From the NCBI GenBank assembly GCA_963974345.1, contig CAXBBW010000018.1:2369-66368 (forward strand): DNA of 64,000 nucleotides, given 5' to 3'. The notes under the pieces were generated by a model, which was not told the origin of the DNA, did no database searches, and saw only the letters and a program-made list of their open reading frames with translations. This DNA is from an uncultured Balneolaceae bacterium. GTDB taxonomy: Bacteria > Bacteroidota > Rhodothermia > Balneolales > Balneolaceae. Every line of letters starts with the position of its first letter. Within the stretch, counting starts at the first letter, position 1. Below are positions 55,750-64,000 of the stretch, in pieces. Made by a program: the position numbers and the translations under genes.

Positions 55750-56252
55750 GGGTCATTCTGAGCGAATGCGAAGAACCTTGGCGGATGAGTGCATCGTTTC
55801 CCCTCTCAATTCATTTTTTTGTAAGGAACCTCTCTTTCACAGGTCTAACTATACTATGAAAGAATATTATGTCTATATCGTGACAAACCCAAGTAAAACT
55901 ACCTTATACACAGGAGTAACCAACCATTTAGAAAGACGATTGATTGAACATTATCACAACAAAGGGAATCAAGATACTTTTGCTGGGAAATATTACTGCT
56001 ACAACTTATTGTATTATGAACCTTTCCAAACATCTCATGAAGCAATCCAAGCAGAAAAGTATATAAAAGGGAAAAACAGATCTAAAAAGGAAGCTATTAT
56101 AAAAGAACGCAATCCTTCATTGGCTTTTTTTAAACAGGAAGGTATTGGGTTACTGGCCACCGAAGTGAATCCTTTGCTCTGGCAATCAGATAATTCATAA
56201 CGAGGGTAGTTTATCTCGCCAAGGTCCTTCGGAGGTATCCTCAGGATGACCC
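55750..56252 (+). mobile_element. 503-bp unit: GIY-YIG nuclease gene bracketed by ~35-bp imperfect terminal inverted repeats (putative mobile or selfish cassette)
   Basis: Left end GGGTCATTCTGAGCGAATGCGAAGAACCTTGGCGG (55750-55784). The reverse complement of the right end (56216-56252) reads GGGTCATCCTGAGGATACCTCCGAAGGACCTTGGCGA. Both share GGGTCATYCTGAG at the tips and CGAAGRACCTTGGCG at the inner edges. Confidence 0.55.
55856..56200 (+). CDS. GIY-YIG nuclease family protein (UPF0213/YhbQ-like), 114 aa
   Basis: MKEYYVYIVTNPSKTTLYTGVTNHLERRLIEHY...YYCYNLLYYEPF...AIQAEKYIKGKNRSKK matches the GIY...YxG...R..EH...E pattern. The ATG at 55856 is preferred; the longer TTG ORF (55748) would translate the inverted repeat. 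Confidence 0.8.
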   Translation: MKEYYVYIVTNPSKTTLYTGVTNHLERRLIEHYHNKGNQDTFAGKYYCYNLLYYEPFQTSHEAIQAEKYIKGKNRSKKEAIIKERNPSLAFFKQEGIGLLATEVNPLLWQSDNS

Positions 56253-56364
56253 TACTTAGGATGTGGGAAAAGCTAAAACTAATCAGTTCCAAATAAGACG
56301 TCGAATTATCTACCTTCTAAAGGAATAACTGGATTTCTTTTCATTGAAAAATTTTACAGGATTG

Positions 56365-57645
56365 CTACATCAACTCCAGAATAGCATTATATATCCCATC
56401 AATCTCATTTTCTGTAACACAGTATGGTGGCATCAAATAAAGTACGTTTCCTAATGGTCGTAGCAGGTATCCTAAATCCAATGCTTGGGTTCTTAATACT
56501 TTTGAAATAGGATTTAAATAACCTTCTTCCCATCCTGTTTCGCCACCATCTACAATATCCATTGCCGCTACAGTACCTTTAACTCTTAAATTTGAAATGC
56601 GTGGATGAGATTTTAGTCGTTCGAAATTTTTCAAATGGATAGACTCCATATTTTTGAACACTGATTCATTTTCAATCAATAGCTTCCATGAAGCTAAACC
56701 AGCGGCACAACCTAATGGATTTCCGGTGTAACTATGTCCGTGCCAAAATGTTTTTATTGGTTCAGATGAGTTAAAACTTTCATATATATTATCACTGCAA
56801 ATCGTTGCACTCAAAGGCATAAACCCCCCTGTTATGCCTTTACTCAAACAAATAATATCAGGTTCAACCTGAGCTTTTAAACAAGCAAAATAATCACCTG
56901 TTCTACCAAAACCAGTCATTACTTCATCAAAAATTAGTAGCACTTCAAATTGTCTATTAGACCAATGAAGTTTTTGAAGGAATTCTTCGGAACACATTCG
57001 CATCCCTCCAGCACCTTGAATCAAAGGCTCAATTAAAATACCTGCGTATTTATCAGGATTATTACTTAGTAATTTTTCTAAGTGATCAATAACAGCATCT
57101 TCTTTATTCGCACGATGTTCGTCCCCTATCCATGTTTCAGGAAATGGGATCACTTCTACATCAAACATCCAATCCTTGAACACCTCAGTAAACAAAGATC
57201 TTTCTCCTACCGACATCGCTCCAAGTGTATCACCGTGGTAAGCACCTTCAAAACAAATAAACGTCTTACGATCTTCACCCAAATTTTTCCAGTGCTGATA
57301 CGCGATCTTCATAGCCACTTCAACAGATGTAGAGCCATTATCAGAATAAAAAAGACGATTTAAGTTCTTTGGTAATTTTGAAGTGATTACCTCCGCTAAT
57401 TGCTCTGCTGGGTCATGAGTAAACCCTGCGAAAATTACGTGCTCTAAGGTTTGAGCCTGCTTATAAATGGCTTTCGCGATATCAGGATGAGAATGTCCGT
57501 GCATATTCACCCACCAACTCGATATGCAATCCAAAACAGTACGACCATCTTCTAAATTCAAATATGCACCTTTCCCACTTTTTACTTTAAGTGGCTCAGG
57601 CGAGCCTTTAATGATTGTAAATGGATGCCAAATGTTTTTATGCAT
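56365..57645 (-). CDS. bioA: Adenosylmethionine-8-amino-7-oxononanoate aminotransferase
   Basis: Class III aminotransferase; WHPF, SWWVNMHGH, DEVMTGFGRTG, LSKGITGG (PLP lysine). Confidence 0.9.
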   Translation of the reverse strand: MHKNIWHPFTIIKGSPEPLKVKSGKGAYLNLEDGRTVLDCISSWWVNMHGHSHPDIAKAIYKQAQTLEHVIFAGFTHDPAEQLAEVITSKLPKNLNRLFYSDNGSTSVEVAMKIAYQHWKNLGEDRKTFICFEGAYHGDTLGAMSVGERSLFTEVFKDWMFDVEVIPFPETWIGDEHRANKEDAVIDHLEKLLSNNPDKYAGILIEPLIQGAGGMRMCSEEFLQKLHWSNRQFEVLLIFDEVMTGFGRTGDYFACLKAQVEPDIICLSKGITGGFMPLSATICSDNIYESFNSSEPIKTFWHGHSYTGNPLGCAAGLASWKLLIENESVFKNMESIHLKNFERLKSHPRISNLRVKGTVAAMDIVDGGETGWEEGYLNPISKVLRTQALDLGYLLRPLGNVLYLMPPYCVTENEIDGIYNAILELM

Positions 57646-57703
57646 AAGAAAGTTTGAATGGTGAATTAAAGATTCTGAATTAAAATAACGCAGAAATTAT
57701 AAT

Positions 57704-58318
57704 TCATAATTTATTAAAAACTTTGATTAATGAGTCTTTATCAATTTTTGCCAAATTCTCGACTTCATGAACCGACACATTACTAAAGTGTTCAATCGTT
57801 TCTTTATTACTTTGGTGTTTATCTCCATTTAAAACTACTCCAAATACTTCGATATTTCGATTTCTAAGCGCCTGAATAGAAAGCAGCGTGTGATTTAAGG
57901 TGCCGAGACTTGAACGAGCTACAAGCAACACAGGAAGCTTTAGCTTCTCAATTAAATCTAACACCGTCTCTTCCCAGTTAATTGGAACAATTAGACCTCC
58001 AGCTCCTTCAACAATTAAATGCTTTGTAGAATGTGTTGGAACTTCAAAATCATTTAGTGAAATCGAAACCTCATCAATATCGGCTGCGCCATGTGGACTC
58101 ATTGGTGTTGTTAATCGATATCGCTCCGGAAGAATTCGATGATCGTCAGCTTCAGAAACTCGCTTTATAAATTCTGTATCTGTTTCTTCATCAAGTCCAG
58201 CTTGAATCGGTTTCCAGTAAGTGGCATCTAAAGCGGACATCAACATTGCAGAAACTAGAGTTTTACCAATCCCAGTATCGGTTCCAGTTACAAAGAATTT
58301 CTCTGGAAACTCAATCAT
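57704..58318 (-). CDS. bioD: Dethiobiotin synthase
   Basis: FFVTGTDTGIGKT P-loop, EGAGG; 204 aa. Confidence 0.9.
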   Translation of the reverse strand: MIEFPEKFFVTGTDTGIGKTLVSAMLMSALDATYWKPIQAGLDEETDTEFIKRVSEADDHRILPERYRLTTPMSPHGAADIDEVSISLNDFEVPTHSTKHLIVEGAGGLIVPINWEETVLDLIEKLKLPVLLVARSSLGTLNHTLLSIQALRNRNIEVFGVVLNGDKHQSNKETIEHFSNVSVHEVENLAKIDKDSLIKVFNKL

Positions 58319-59118
58319 ATCATGTCCTTTTTAACTGCCAGATAAACAACATGCCATTTAGCTTTAATTTGATTATTAGTCTTCTTATCCCAGAAAGAAG
58401 TTAAAAGCTTTAATTGTTTTGTGTTCAATGATTTATCTGTTGTAGATATTCCTGCACCGATGTCTTTTAAACTCCTTAAAAAATCCATAGATGAGTTAAA
58501 ATTCTGAAATAAATCATTCTCATAGTAATCTACTTGAACGGGATTTAAAGAGAGCTTTACAACAACTTCTTCAACATCTGGTAAAGGATTAGCGGTATAC
58601 GGAATTCCAAGCTCTAAACAGCATTCATACCATTCCATAAAACTATGATTACCAGGAAATGCAGTTAGCAGTATCCCACCCGGATTCAACATTTGAGTAA
58701 GTTTTTCCAACCCAATCGCAGTATCCTCAAACCATTGAGCCGCAAAATTTGATACAATTAAGGAATATTGAGGCGTTGGGTTTTCAATCTCATCGACATT
58801 AAGAGTTTCAAATTTAGTACGGGCTGAATTCCCCAATCTTTCTTCGGTGAATGAAACCATCTCAGAGCTCGCATCAGTAAGTACAAAGTTTCGAGTTGGA
58901 AATTCATTAAGCATTAATTCCGATAAAAACCCTGTTCCACAACCAACTTCTAAAATTGGTCCCGGAGGAATAATGTCTTTCCATGGTCGAATTGAGGCAT
59001 TAAGTCCTTCTGCTACTTTCTTCTGAACCTCTGCCTTCTCGTGGTAATTTTGGACAGATTTCGAGAATGATTCTGTTATTTTCTCTGAATATTTTAAAGG
59101 CTGTTCTGTGCTTTTCAT
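58315..59118 (-). CDS. bioC: Malonyl-[ACP] O-methyltransferase
   Basis: SAM motif ILEVGCGTGFLS. Lies between the esterase and bioD with 4-nt overlaps on both sides. Confidence 0.8.
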   Translation of the reverse strand: MKSTEQPLKYSEKITESFSKSVQNYHEKAEVQKKVAEGLNASIRPWKDIIPPGPILEVGCGTGFLSELMLNEFPTRNFVLTDASSEMVSFTEERLGNSARTKFETLNVDEIENPTPQYSLIVSNFAAQWFEDTAIGLEKLTQMLNPGGILLTAFPGNHSFMEWYECCLELGIPYTANPLPDVEEVVVKLSLNPVQVDYYENDLFQNFNSSMDFLRSLKDIGAGISTTDKSLNTKQLKLLTSFWDKKTNNQIKAKWHVVYLAVKKDMI

Positions 59119-59795
59119 TTCACTTTAAAAATAGGAAAAGCTTCACTTAGAATCTTAATACATTCTTCTGGATTTGTAGCTGGTAATGCGTGGACTCCAT
59201 GTTCAATTTTCTGATATTTTTCGGCACCTAAAAAGGCTAATAGCTCCTTTCCTCTGTTTCTTGATACAATTCTATCTTTTTCGGAATCAATAATCAGCCA
59301 ATCACACTTGGTTTCTTTTGTAAGCTTTAACTTAGTTTTGTGTAACCCATTGAGGTCTTTTAATAGTAAAGAACGATTTAACCAATGTAAGTTTGGCTCA
59401 AGGGTTTCAAATTTTGAAAAACAGTTTTTGTAAAAAGCTTTCAGAACTAGTGCAGGTTCCTTTTTAAATTCTTTGACCATCCCTTTTAAAATCTTTTTTG
59501 ATCTGGATTTAGCAGGATTCTCTAAAGGATGAAATGTGTTAAACCCATTAAATATGATAATTAAATCTGCTTGTTCTTTTTTTTCAGCGGGACACCAATG
59601 CAGCCCAAAAGAGTGTAAAAAAAGTATCTTATTCTTTGATTCATTATCAAATTCAGGAATGAATTCACCTCCGAAATATCCGCGATCTGCTGGTTTCAAG
59701 AGAATATGATCGGGTAGCTCTGATTTAATTGGATTCCAAAACTTCGTATCAAATCCCCATCCATGATAAGCATGTACTTCTACTTCTTTTTCCAT
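59115..59795 (-). CDS. Small alpha/beta-hydrolase, probable pimeloyl-[ACP] methyl ester esterase (BioH/BioG-type gatekeeper); subtype unresolved
   Basis: Operon position between bioF and bioC. HGWGF oxyanion-like start, nucleophile elbow LHSFG, later D (IIDSEKD) and H (HGVHALP). Confidence 0.55.
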   Translation of the reverse strand: MEKEVEVHAYHGWGFDTKFWNPIKSELPDHILLKPADRGYFGGEFIPEFDNESKNKILFLHSFGLHWCPAEKKEQADLIIIFNGFNTFHPLENPAKSRSKKILKGMVKEFKKEPALVLKAFYKNCFSKFETLEPNLHWLNRSLLLKDLNGLHKTKLKLTKETKCDWLIIDSEKDRIVSRNRGKELLAFLGAEKYQKIEHGVHALPATNPEECIKILSEAFPIFKVK

Positions 59796-60955
59796 GAAGA
59801 TAACGTAGTTAGTAAATGGTTTATATCAGATTGAGAATGATTTGTATTTATTGTAATTCGGATTCTTGAGGCATTATTCTCTACTGTTGGAGGTCGAATT
59901 GCAGAAGCCCAAATACCATGCTCTTCCAAATATTGTGATAAATCCATCGTCTTCTCTTCACTTCCAATTATAATTGGAATAATTTGAGATGCTGAATCGC
60001 CAATTTTAAATTCTAGTTTTTCAACTTCAGATTTTAAAAAAGTGATGTTTTTATAAAGTAATTTTCGATCTTCTTCCATTTTTGGTATTAAATCAAGAGA
60101 AGCATCTATTGCTCCTAAAACTGCTGGTGGAAGTGACGTAGTATATATAAAGCCTGGACAGAAGTTTACAAGATAATTCTTCATTTCAAGGCTGCAACCT
60201 ACAAAAGCACCGAATGAGCCAAATGCTTTCCCAAAAGTACCAATACTAACATCTATTCCGCTTTTACCGAAATTTAGGCCTAACCCTTTCTCCCCTAAAA
60301 CACCAAGAGCATGTGCATCATCCGAATAAAATAAAGCATCGTATTTTTGAGCAAGATCAATCAATGCCGATACATCACTCTGATCACCGTCCATGCTAAA
60401 TATTGTCTCTGAAACTATCCAAACTCGATTATAAGATGTAGAAGATGCTTCTACTAACAGAGACTCTAAGTGATCCAAATCGTTATGATTGAACCTTTTG
60501 AAGGTAGCACGACTTAATAAAGCTCCTTGAATTAAACTGTTATGACACTTTTTATCAGCTAATATCAATGAATTGCGATCTGCGAGTGTAGAGAGAATAG
60601 TTGTATTTGCTTGAAAGCCTGTGTTAAATAACAAAACAGCTTCAACACCAAAAGTTAGGGCAAGTTTTTCTTCGAGTTGTTGGTGTATAGAAAATGAGCC
60701 AGAAACCAATCGAGAGGCACCAGATCCTGCTCCGTATGTATTTGTGAAGTCAGTAGAGCGTTTAATTACTTCAAGATTAGATGAAAGCCCCAGATAATCA
60801 TTTGTACAAAAATTAATGTACTCTTTACCATCAATTTTCACGTTTGAAGTGCCATATATTGGTTCTACAAAGCGTAGAGACCGAAATTGATGATCTACTC
60901 TTCTTAGCTCGAGAGCCTTTGATATAAAGTCAGTTTTAGAAATCCTTTTACTCAC
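59780..60955 (-). CDS. bioF: 8-amino-7-oxononanoate synthase
   Basis: NFCTNDYLGL, DDAHALG, GTFGKAFG (PLP lysine). The GTG at 60955 (8-nt overlap GTGAGTAA with the upstream stop) gives a typical 391 aa. The listed ATG 61078 would overlap the upstream gene by 131 nt and add ~40 atypical residues. Confidence 0.85.
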   Translation of the reverse strand: MSKRISKTDFISKALELRRVDHQFRSLRFVEPIYGTSNVKIDGKEYINFCTNDYLGLSSNLEVIKRSTDFTNTYGAGSGASRLVSGSFSIHQQLEEKLALTFGVEAVLLFNTGFQANTTILSTLADRNSLILADKKCHNSLIQGALLSRATFKRFNHNDLDHLESLLVEASSTSYNRVWIVSETIFSMDGDQSDVSALIDLAQKYDALFYSDDAHALGVLGEKGLGLNFGKSGIDVSIGTFGKAFGSFGAFVGCSLEMKNYLVNFCPGFIYTTSLPPAVLGAIDASLDLIPKMEEDRKLLYKNITFLKSEVEKLEFKIGDSASQIIPIIIGSEEKTMDLSQYLEEHGIWASAIRPPTVENNASRIRITINTNHSQSDINHLLTTLSSWKKK

Positions 60956-62045
60956 TCGATAATATTGGTCCACCTGGTGTCCATGTCGAATCACTCTCAA
61001 AAGTCCTTCCCATCGCTCTAAATTGTCGCACAAAGGGAAGCTTCTTTCTAACTCCCGGTGCAAATTGAGAGTATTCAATCATAAATAATCGACTAGTCAT
61101 AGGATCAAAATATGTGAAATTTACAAATGGGCCACCCATAGCAGCATTAATCATTTGCCAAGTTCCAAGAGTTTCATAACCAAGTAACCGACCTTTTTCG
61201 AAGGTTTTAGTTTCTACAGCCCGGCGATATTCTGTGGCTACATAATTATTATCTCTACTTCCTCTAATAAATTGTTGCATTAATGAGTCACGAGTGGTGT
61301 TAATCCAATCATTATCTAAAAAGCTTATGTCTTTAACATCTTCTTTCCACCAAATCCACATCCAACGGGTATTATTTGGAAGATCTCTTCGATAAGTTAT
61401 AAAATTGGTGGTATCTACACTTTTGATATAATCGTGTTGAATGCGAACCATAAAGCCGTGTTCGTCCCATAAAGAATCCGAATATTGAACTTGTTCCTTC
61501 TTTTCATAAACGAAATAAGTCCAACGCTTTATTTCTTTTTCTAAGGCACTGCTTAACAATGCTTGCTCAGAATTTCTTATTTTTTTAGCCAACGCTGAAT
61601 CTGATGCAGAACTTAGAATCAAAGCATATTGATCACGATACCATTGATCTTCGAGTGGAAATGCAAAGCTCTCACCTTCGCGTACTCGTTGTTCTACTCC
61701 ATCATCTAGAAAAGCCCTAACTTGTCGACCAACATTGTCATCAGCATCTATTGAAGAAGCAAATATGATATTTTTAGTCCCTCTAATTCTATCCAGTTGA
61801 TTTCTCGAACGAATTGGCATAAAAGTTAAATCATAATATTCTTCGGGATTAGGTAGCGTAAACACCCCTTTTCCGAAAGTTTCTCGAATAGCATTTGCTG
61901 TTTCACTTTCCCATTGAGTAGAATCCATTACTACTACAAATTCTCTAGTATTACCTTTAGCAAACTCTCTATAATCTCCATCGCAAGCTACTGTTAATGC
62001 AATTACTGTTAACAATAGAGTATTAATTAATTTGATAGACCTCAT
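60948..62045 (-). CDS. Lipoprotein of unknown function (possibly DUF4837-like)
   Basis: ATG at 62045 gives MRSIKLINTLLLTVIALTVAC (lipobox). The alternative ATG 62066 overlaps the trpA stop by 11 nt. Confidence 0.4.
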   Translation of the reverse strand: MRSIKLINTLLLTVIALTVACDGDYREFAKGNTREFVVVMDSTQWESETANAIRETFGKGVFTLPNPEEYYDLTFMPIRSRNQLDRIRGTKNIIFASSIDADDNVGRQVRAFLDDGVEQRVREGESFAFPLEDQWYRDQYALILSSASDSALAKKIRNSEQALLSSALEKEIKRWTYFVYEKKEQVQYSDSLWDEHGFMVRIQHDYIKSVDTTNFITYRRDLPNNTRWMWIWWKEDVKDISFLDNDWINTTRDSLMQQFIRGSRDNNYVATEYRRAVETKTFEKGRLLGYETLGTWQMINAAMGGPFVNFTYFDPMTSRLFMIEYSQFAPGVRKKLPFVRQFRAMGRTFESDSTWTPGGPILSSE

Positions 62046-62055
62046 TCGAATAGAT

Positions 62056-62850
62056 TTATTTTCCAAATTTTAGTGAATGTACAAAAGAAAAAACGTCCTT
62101 TTTCCAATTTTCGTTGGGGTATGATTTTCTTATGGTATCAATTAAAGCACTTCCAACTATAAATCCATCGGCATTTGATGCGATTGCTTGGGCATCTTCA
62201 AATGATTTAATCCCAAATCCCACCAAAACTGGATTCTTAGTAACGTTAACTCGTACGCGATTAATAAATTTTGAAACTGAATCAGAAACTATATTTCCAT
62301 CTCTAGCTCCCGTTACACCTGTTACGGATACACAGTAAACGAATCCACCTGACTTCTCATCAGCGAGTTGCATGCGTTCATCCGAGGTATTCGGTGCCAC
62401 TAGATAAATAATTGGTAAATTATTCTCTGCCGCTTCTTTTTCAATCAACCCACTTTCTTCAACTGGTATATCTGGAAGAATTAACCCATCTACTCCTACT
62501 GAAGCTGCTTTTGCACAAAAGTTAGAAACTCCGTATCGCAAAACTGGATTCATATATCCCATTAATATGATTGGTATCTCAGATGATTTTCTAATCTCAG
62601 CAACCATATCCAGAATTTTATCAATGCTGATTCCATTAGAAATAGAAACGTCATTCGAATATTGAATGGTAGGTCCATCTGCAAGTGGGTCACTAAAAGG
62701 CATCCCTAATTCAATTAAATCGGCTCCACTTTTTTCGAATCCGAGTACTAGATCTACAGTAGACTCTATATCTGGATATCCAGCAGTTATAAAAAGGTTC
62801 AAAAGCTTATCTGATCCTTTATCTTCAAATTTTTTAGTAATTCTGTTCAT
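62056..62850 (-). CDS. trpA: Tryptophan synthase alpha subunit
   Basis: LFITAGYPD, ADLIELGMPFSDPLADGPTIQ, GFGI near the C-terminus. Confidence 0.9.
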   Translation of the reverse strand: MNRITKKFEDKGSDKLLNLFITAGYPDIESTVDLVLGFEKSGADLIELGMPFSDPLADGPTIQYSNDVSISNGISIDKILDMVAEIRKSSEIPIILMGYMNPVLRYGVSNFCAKAASVGVDGLILPDIPVEESGLIEKEAAENNLPIIYLVAPNTSDERMQLADEKSGGFVYCVSVTGVTGARDGNIVSDSVSKFINRVRVNVTKNPVLVGFGIKSFEDAQAIASNADGFIVGSALIDTIRKSYPNENWKKDVFSFVHSLKFGK

Positions 62851-62936
62851 TTAAGATTCAATCAATTATCTAAGGGTTAAAAATCTTTCGCATAATATTA
62901 TATCTCCGTTGGGGCGGATAGCTACCTGCCCTTACT

Positions 62937-62973
62937 GTCATTCTCTAGCTACTACCTACTGCCAAAGGATGAC
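62937..62973. repeat. Miniature inverted repeat made of the two tip motifs of the GIY-YIG element
   Basis: GTCATTCT (62937-62944) ... 21 nt ... AGGATGAC (62966-62973). Confidence 0.35.
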
Positions 62974-63012
62974 TTTCAATAATTCAATTCTATGTCTCCC
63001 TTCGAGAGGAGA

Positions 63013-63044
63013 TAAAAAAGTTGAACATGTTCTTCAACTTTTCT
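63013..63044 (-). terminator. Hairpin plus T-run terminator downstream of the 138-aa lipoprotein gene, upstream of trpA
   Basis: AAGTTGAA (63018-63025) / TTCAACTT (63033-63040), flanked by an A-run on plus (T-run on minus). Confidence 0.55.
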
Positions 63045-63162
63045 GAGGGGTGTTTGTGAAGCCGAGTCATCACTAACACCCTCCGTCTCGATTTGCTATC
63101 GCAAATCAATCCACCTCCCTCAAGGGAGGATTTTACTTTCTTTGATTAAAATAATTTTCCAT

Positions 63163-63579
63163 TCAGTTTAACATTGCTATATCATCAAGAATCCAGGCGG
63201 AATAAAGCTGGTTTGCAACAACCTGACAATTTTCGATTGCAACAACTCCTTGTGCACCACTCTTTTCGTCACCTTGAATATACCACCAAAATGAATCTCC
63301 TTTTTTTAGCTGATCTTTAAATCTTTGATTAGAAAAATCCTCAATTTCGTTTCTGTTTAATGGCCCTTCAAAATCCCCTTTAAATTCATTTTTTGAATGA
63401 TGATCCATTAATATCTCAAGATTCATTGTTATTTTTTCACATTCAGATATTCTTTCTGCTTGAAAACAAGATGTGAAAAATTTATTGCATTCACTTGCTA
63501 AAGGGTTATTTGTATTCTTTGACAGGGTTGCACAATTCAAAAAAAAAATAACAAGAGTTAGAGAATAAAAACTTTTCAC
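63163..63579 (-). CDS. Small lipoprotein of unknown function inserted between trpB and trpA
   Basis: The GTG at 63579, 1 nt after the trpB stop, gives VKSFYSLTLVIFFLNC (lipobox). The listed ATG 63621 would overlap the trpB 3' end. Confidence 0.4.
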   Translation of the reverse strand: MKSFYSLTLVIFFLNCATLSKNTNNPLASECNKFFTSCFQAERISECEKITMNLEILMDHHSKNEFKGDFEGPLNRNEIEDFSNQRFKDQLKKGDSFWWYIQGDEKSGAQGVVAIENCQVVANQLYSAWILDDIAMLN

Positions 63580-63580
63580 C

Positions 63581-64000
63581 TTACAAATTCTCCGAAATAG
63601 TACCCATGTCCTTATCACCACGTCCTGACAAGTTTATGATAATGATTTCATCTTCTGAGGTATTCGGCATCATATGCTCTAACCATGCAATAGCATGAGC
63701 GGTTTCTAACGCTGGTATAATTCCCTCTTTCTTAGATAACAATTTTACTGCTTCCATAGCTTCATCATCCGTTACAGAGTTATACTCTACACGCTTCGAA
63801 TCATACAGGAAAGAATGCTCAGGACCAATTCCAGGATAATCTAAACCGGCGCTTATCGAATGAGCTAGCTCAATCTGACCATTTTTATCATGAAGTAAAT
63901 AACTTAAAGAACCATGTAAAATTCCGGGAGTCCCTTTTGTGATGGTTGCTGCAGTTTTACCAGAATCTACTCCATATCCTGCAGCCTCAATGCCAATGAT
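63581..64000 (-). CDS. trpB: Tryptophan synthase beta subunit, C-terminal 139 codons (5' part outside the window)
   Basis: Manual translation of the minus strand: ...[31 protein letters not shown]...[19 protein letters not shown]...[15 protein letters not shown]...[18 protein letters not shown]. Not in the ORF track because there is no start in the window. Confidence 0.9.
   Translation of the reverse strand: MIGIEAAGYGVDSGKTAATITKGTPGILHGSLSYLLHDKNGQIELAHSISAGLDYPGIGPEHSFLYDSKRVEYNSVTDDEAMEAVKLLSKKEGIIPALETAHAIAWLEHMMPNTSEDEIIIINLSGRGDKDMGTISENL

Noticed and set aside
55748-56200. Long 150-aa form of the GIY-YIG ORF starting at TTG 55748
   Set aside because: Its first 36 codons translate the inverted repeat and spacer (MGHSERMRRTLADE...). 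The family normally begins right at the xYYVYIxT block, which follows ATG 55856.
59780-61078. Long form of bioF starting at ATG 61078
   Set aside because: It would overlap the upstream lipoprotein gene by 131 nt and place NDYLGL ~50 residues later than in typical BioF. The GTG at 60955 fits better.

Overview
AT-rich window (roughly 37-40% G+C by eye), probably from an FCB-group bacterium (Bacteroidota / Rhodothermota / Balneolota-like). That placement is an inference from four proteins ending in the NYPNPFNPST-type T9SS C-terminal sorting domain plus one variant, many lipoprotein signals, a PorV-like barrel and a CarboxypepD_reg-type TonB receptor. Layout: (1) a clipped tRNA-Leu(CAA) and a T9SS-secreted endonuclease I. 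(2) A ~25 kb glycan-utilisation locus (1483-26088). It has an ~19 kb tightly packed minus-strand operon: CBM-repeat surface protein, TonB-dependent receptor, 1099-aa CTD protein, PorV-like barrel, ABC binding protein and two permeases, a lipoprotein, two cytoplasmic GH130 enzymes and a GH-like lipoprotein. A LacI regulator, a divergent ABC ATPase and a 1050-aa LamG/PKD T9SS protein complete it. No SusC/SusD pair is present. (3) A 1.6 kb non-coding array of ~295-bp structured mosaic repeats. (4) A GH13 alpha-glucosidase. (5) thrA-thrB-thrC preceded by an Ile/Thr-rich mini-ORF. (6) Assorted housekeeping and stress genes: histidine kinases, SGNH esterase, methyltransferases, a GNAT-ATP-grasp fusion, Dps, RNase D, amidase and others. 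(7) A 503-bp unit made of a GIY-YIG gene bracketed by ~35-bp inverted repeats, with solo copies of its ends scattered through intergenic regions. (8) bioF-bioH-like-bioC-bioD-bioA. (9) trpA and a partial trpB, separated by an inserted lipoprotein gene and repeat-rich spacer. I saw no rRNA, CRISPR array, cas genes, integrase, transposase or recognisable phage or defence genes. The most unusual signals are the receptor / CTD-protein / PorV-like triad, a 100% identical 1079-bp in-gene duplication, the structured repeat array with codon-phase substitution periodicity, and the GIY-YIG inverted-repeat element family. All family calls come from motif recognition by eye; no database search was run.
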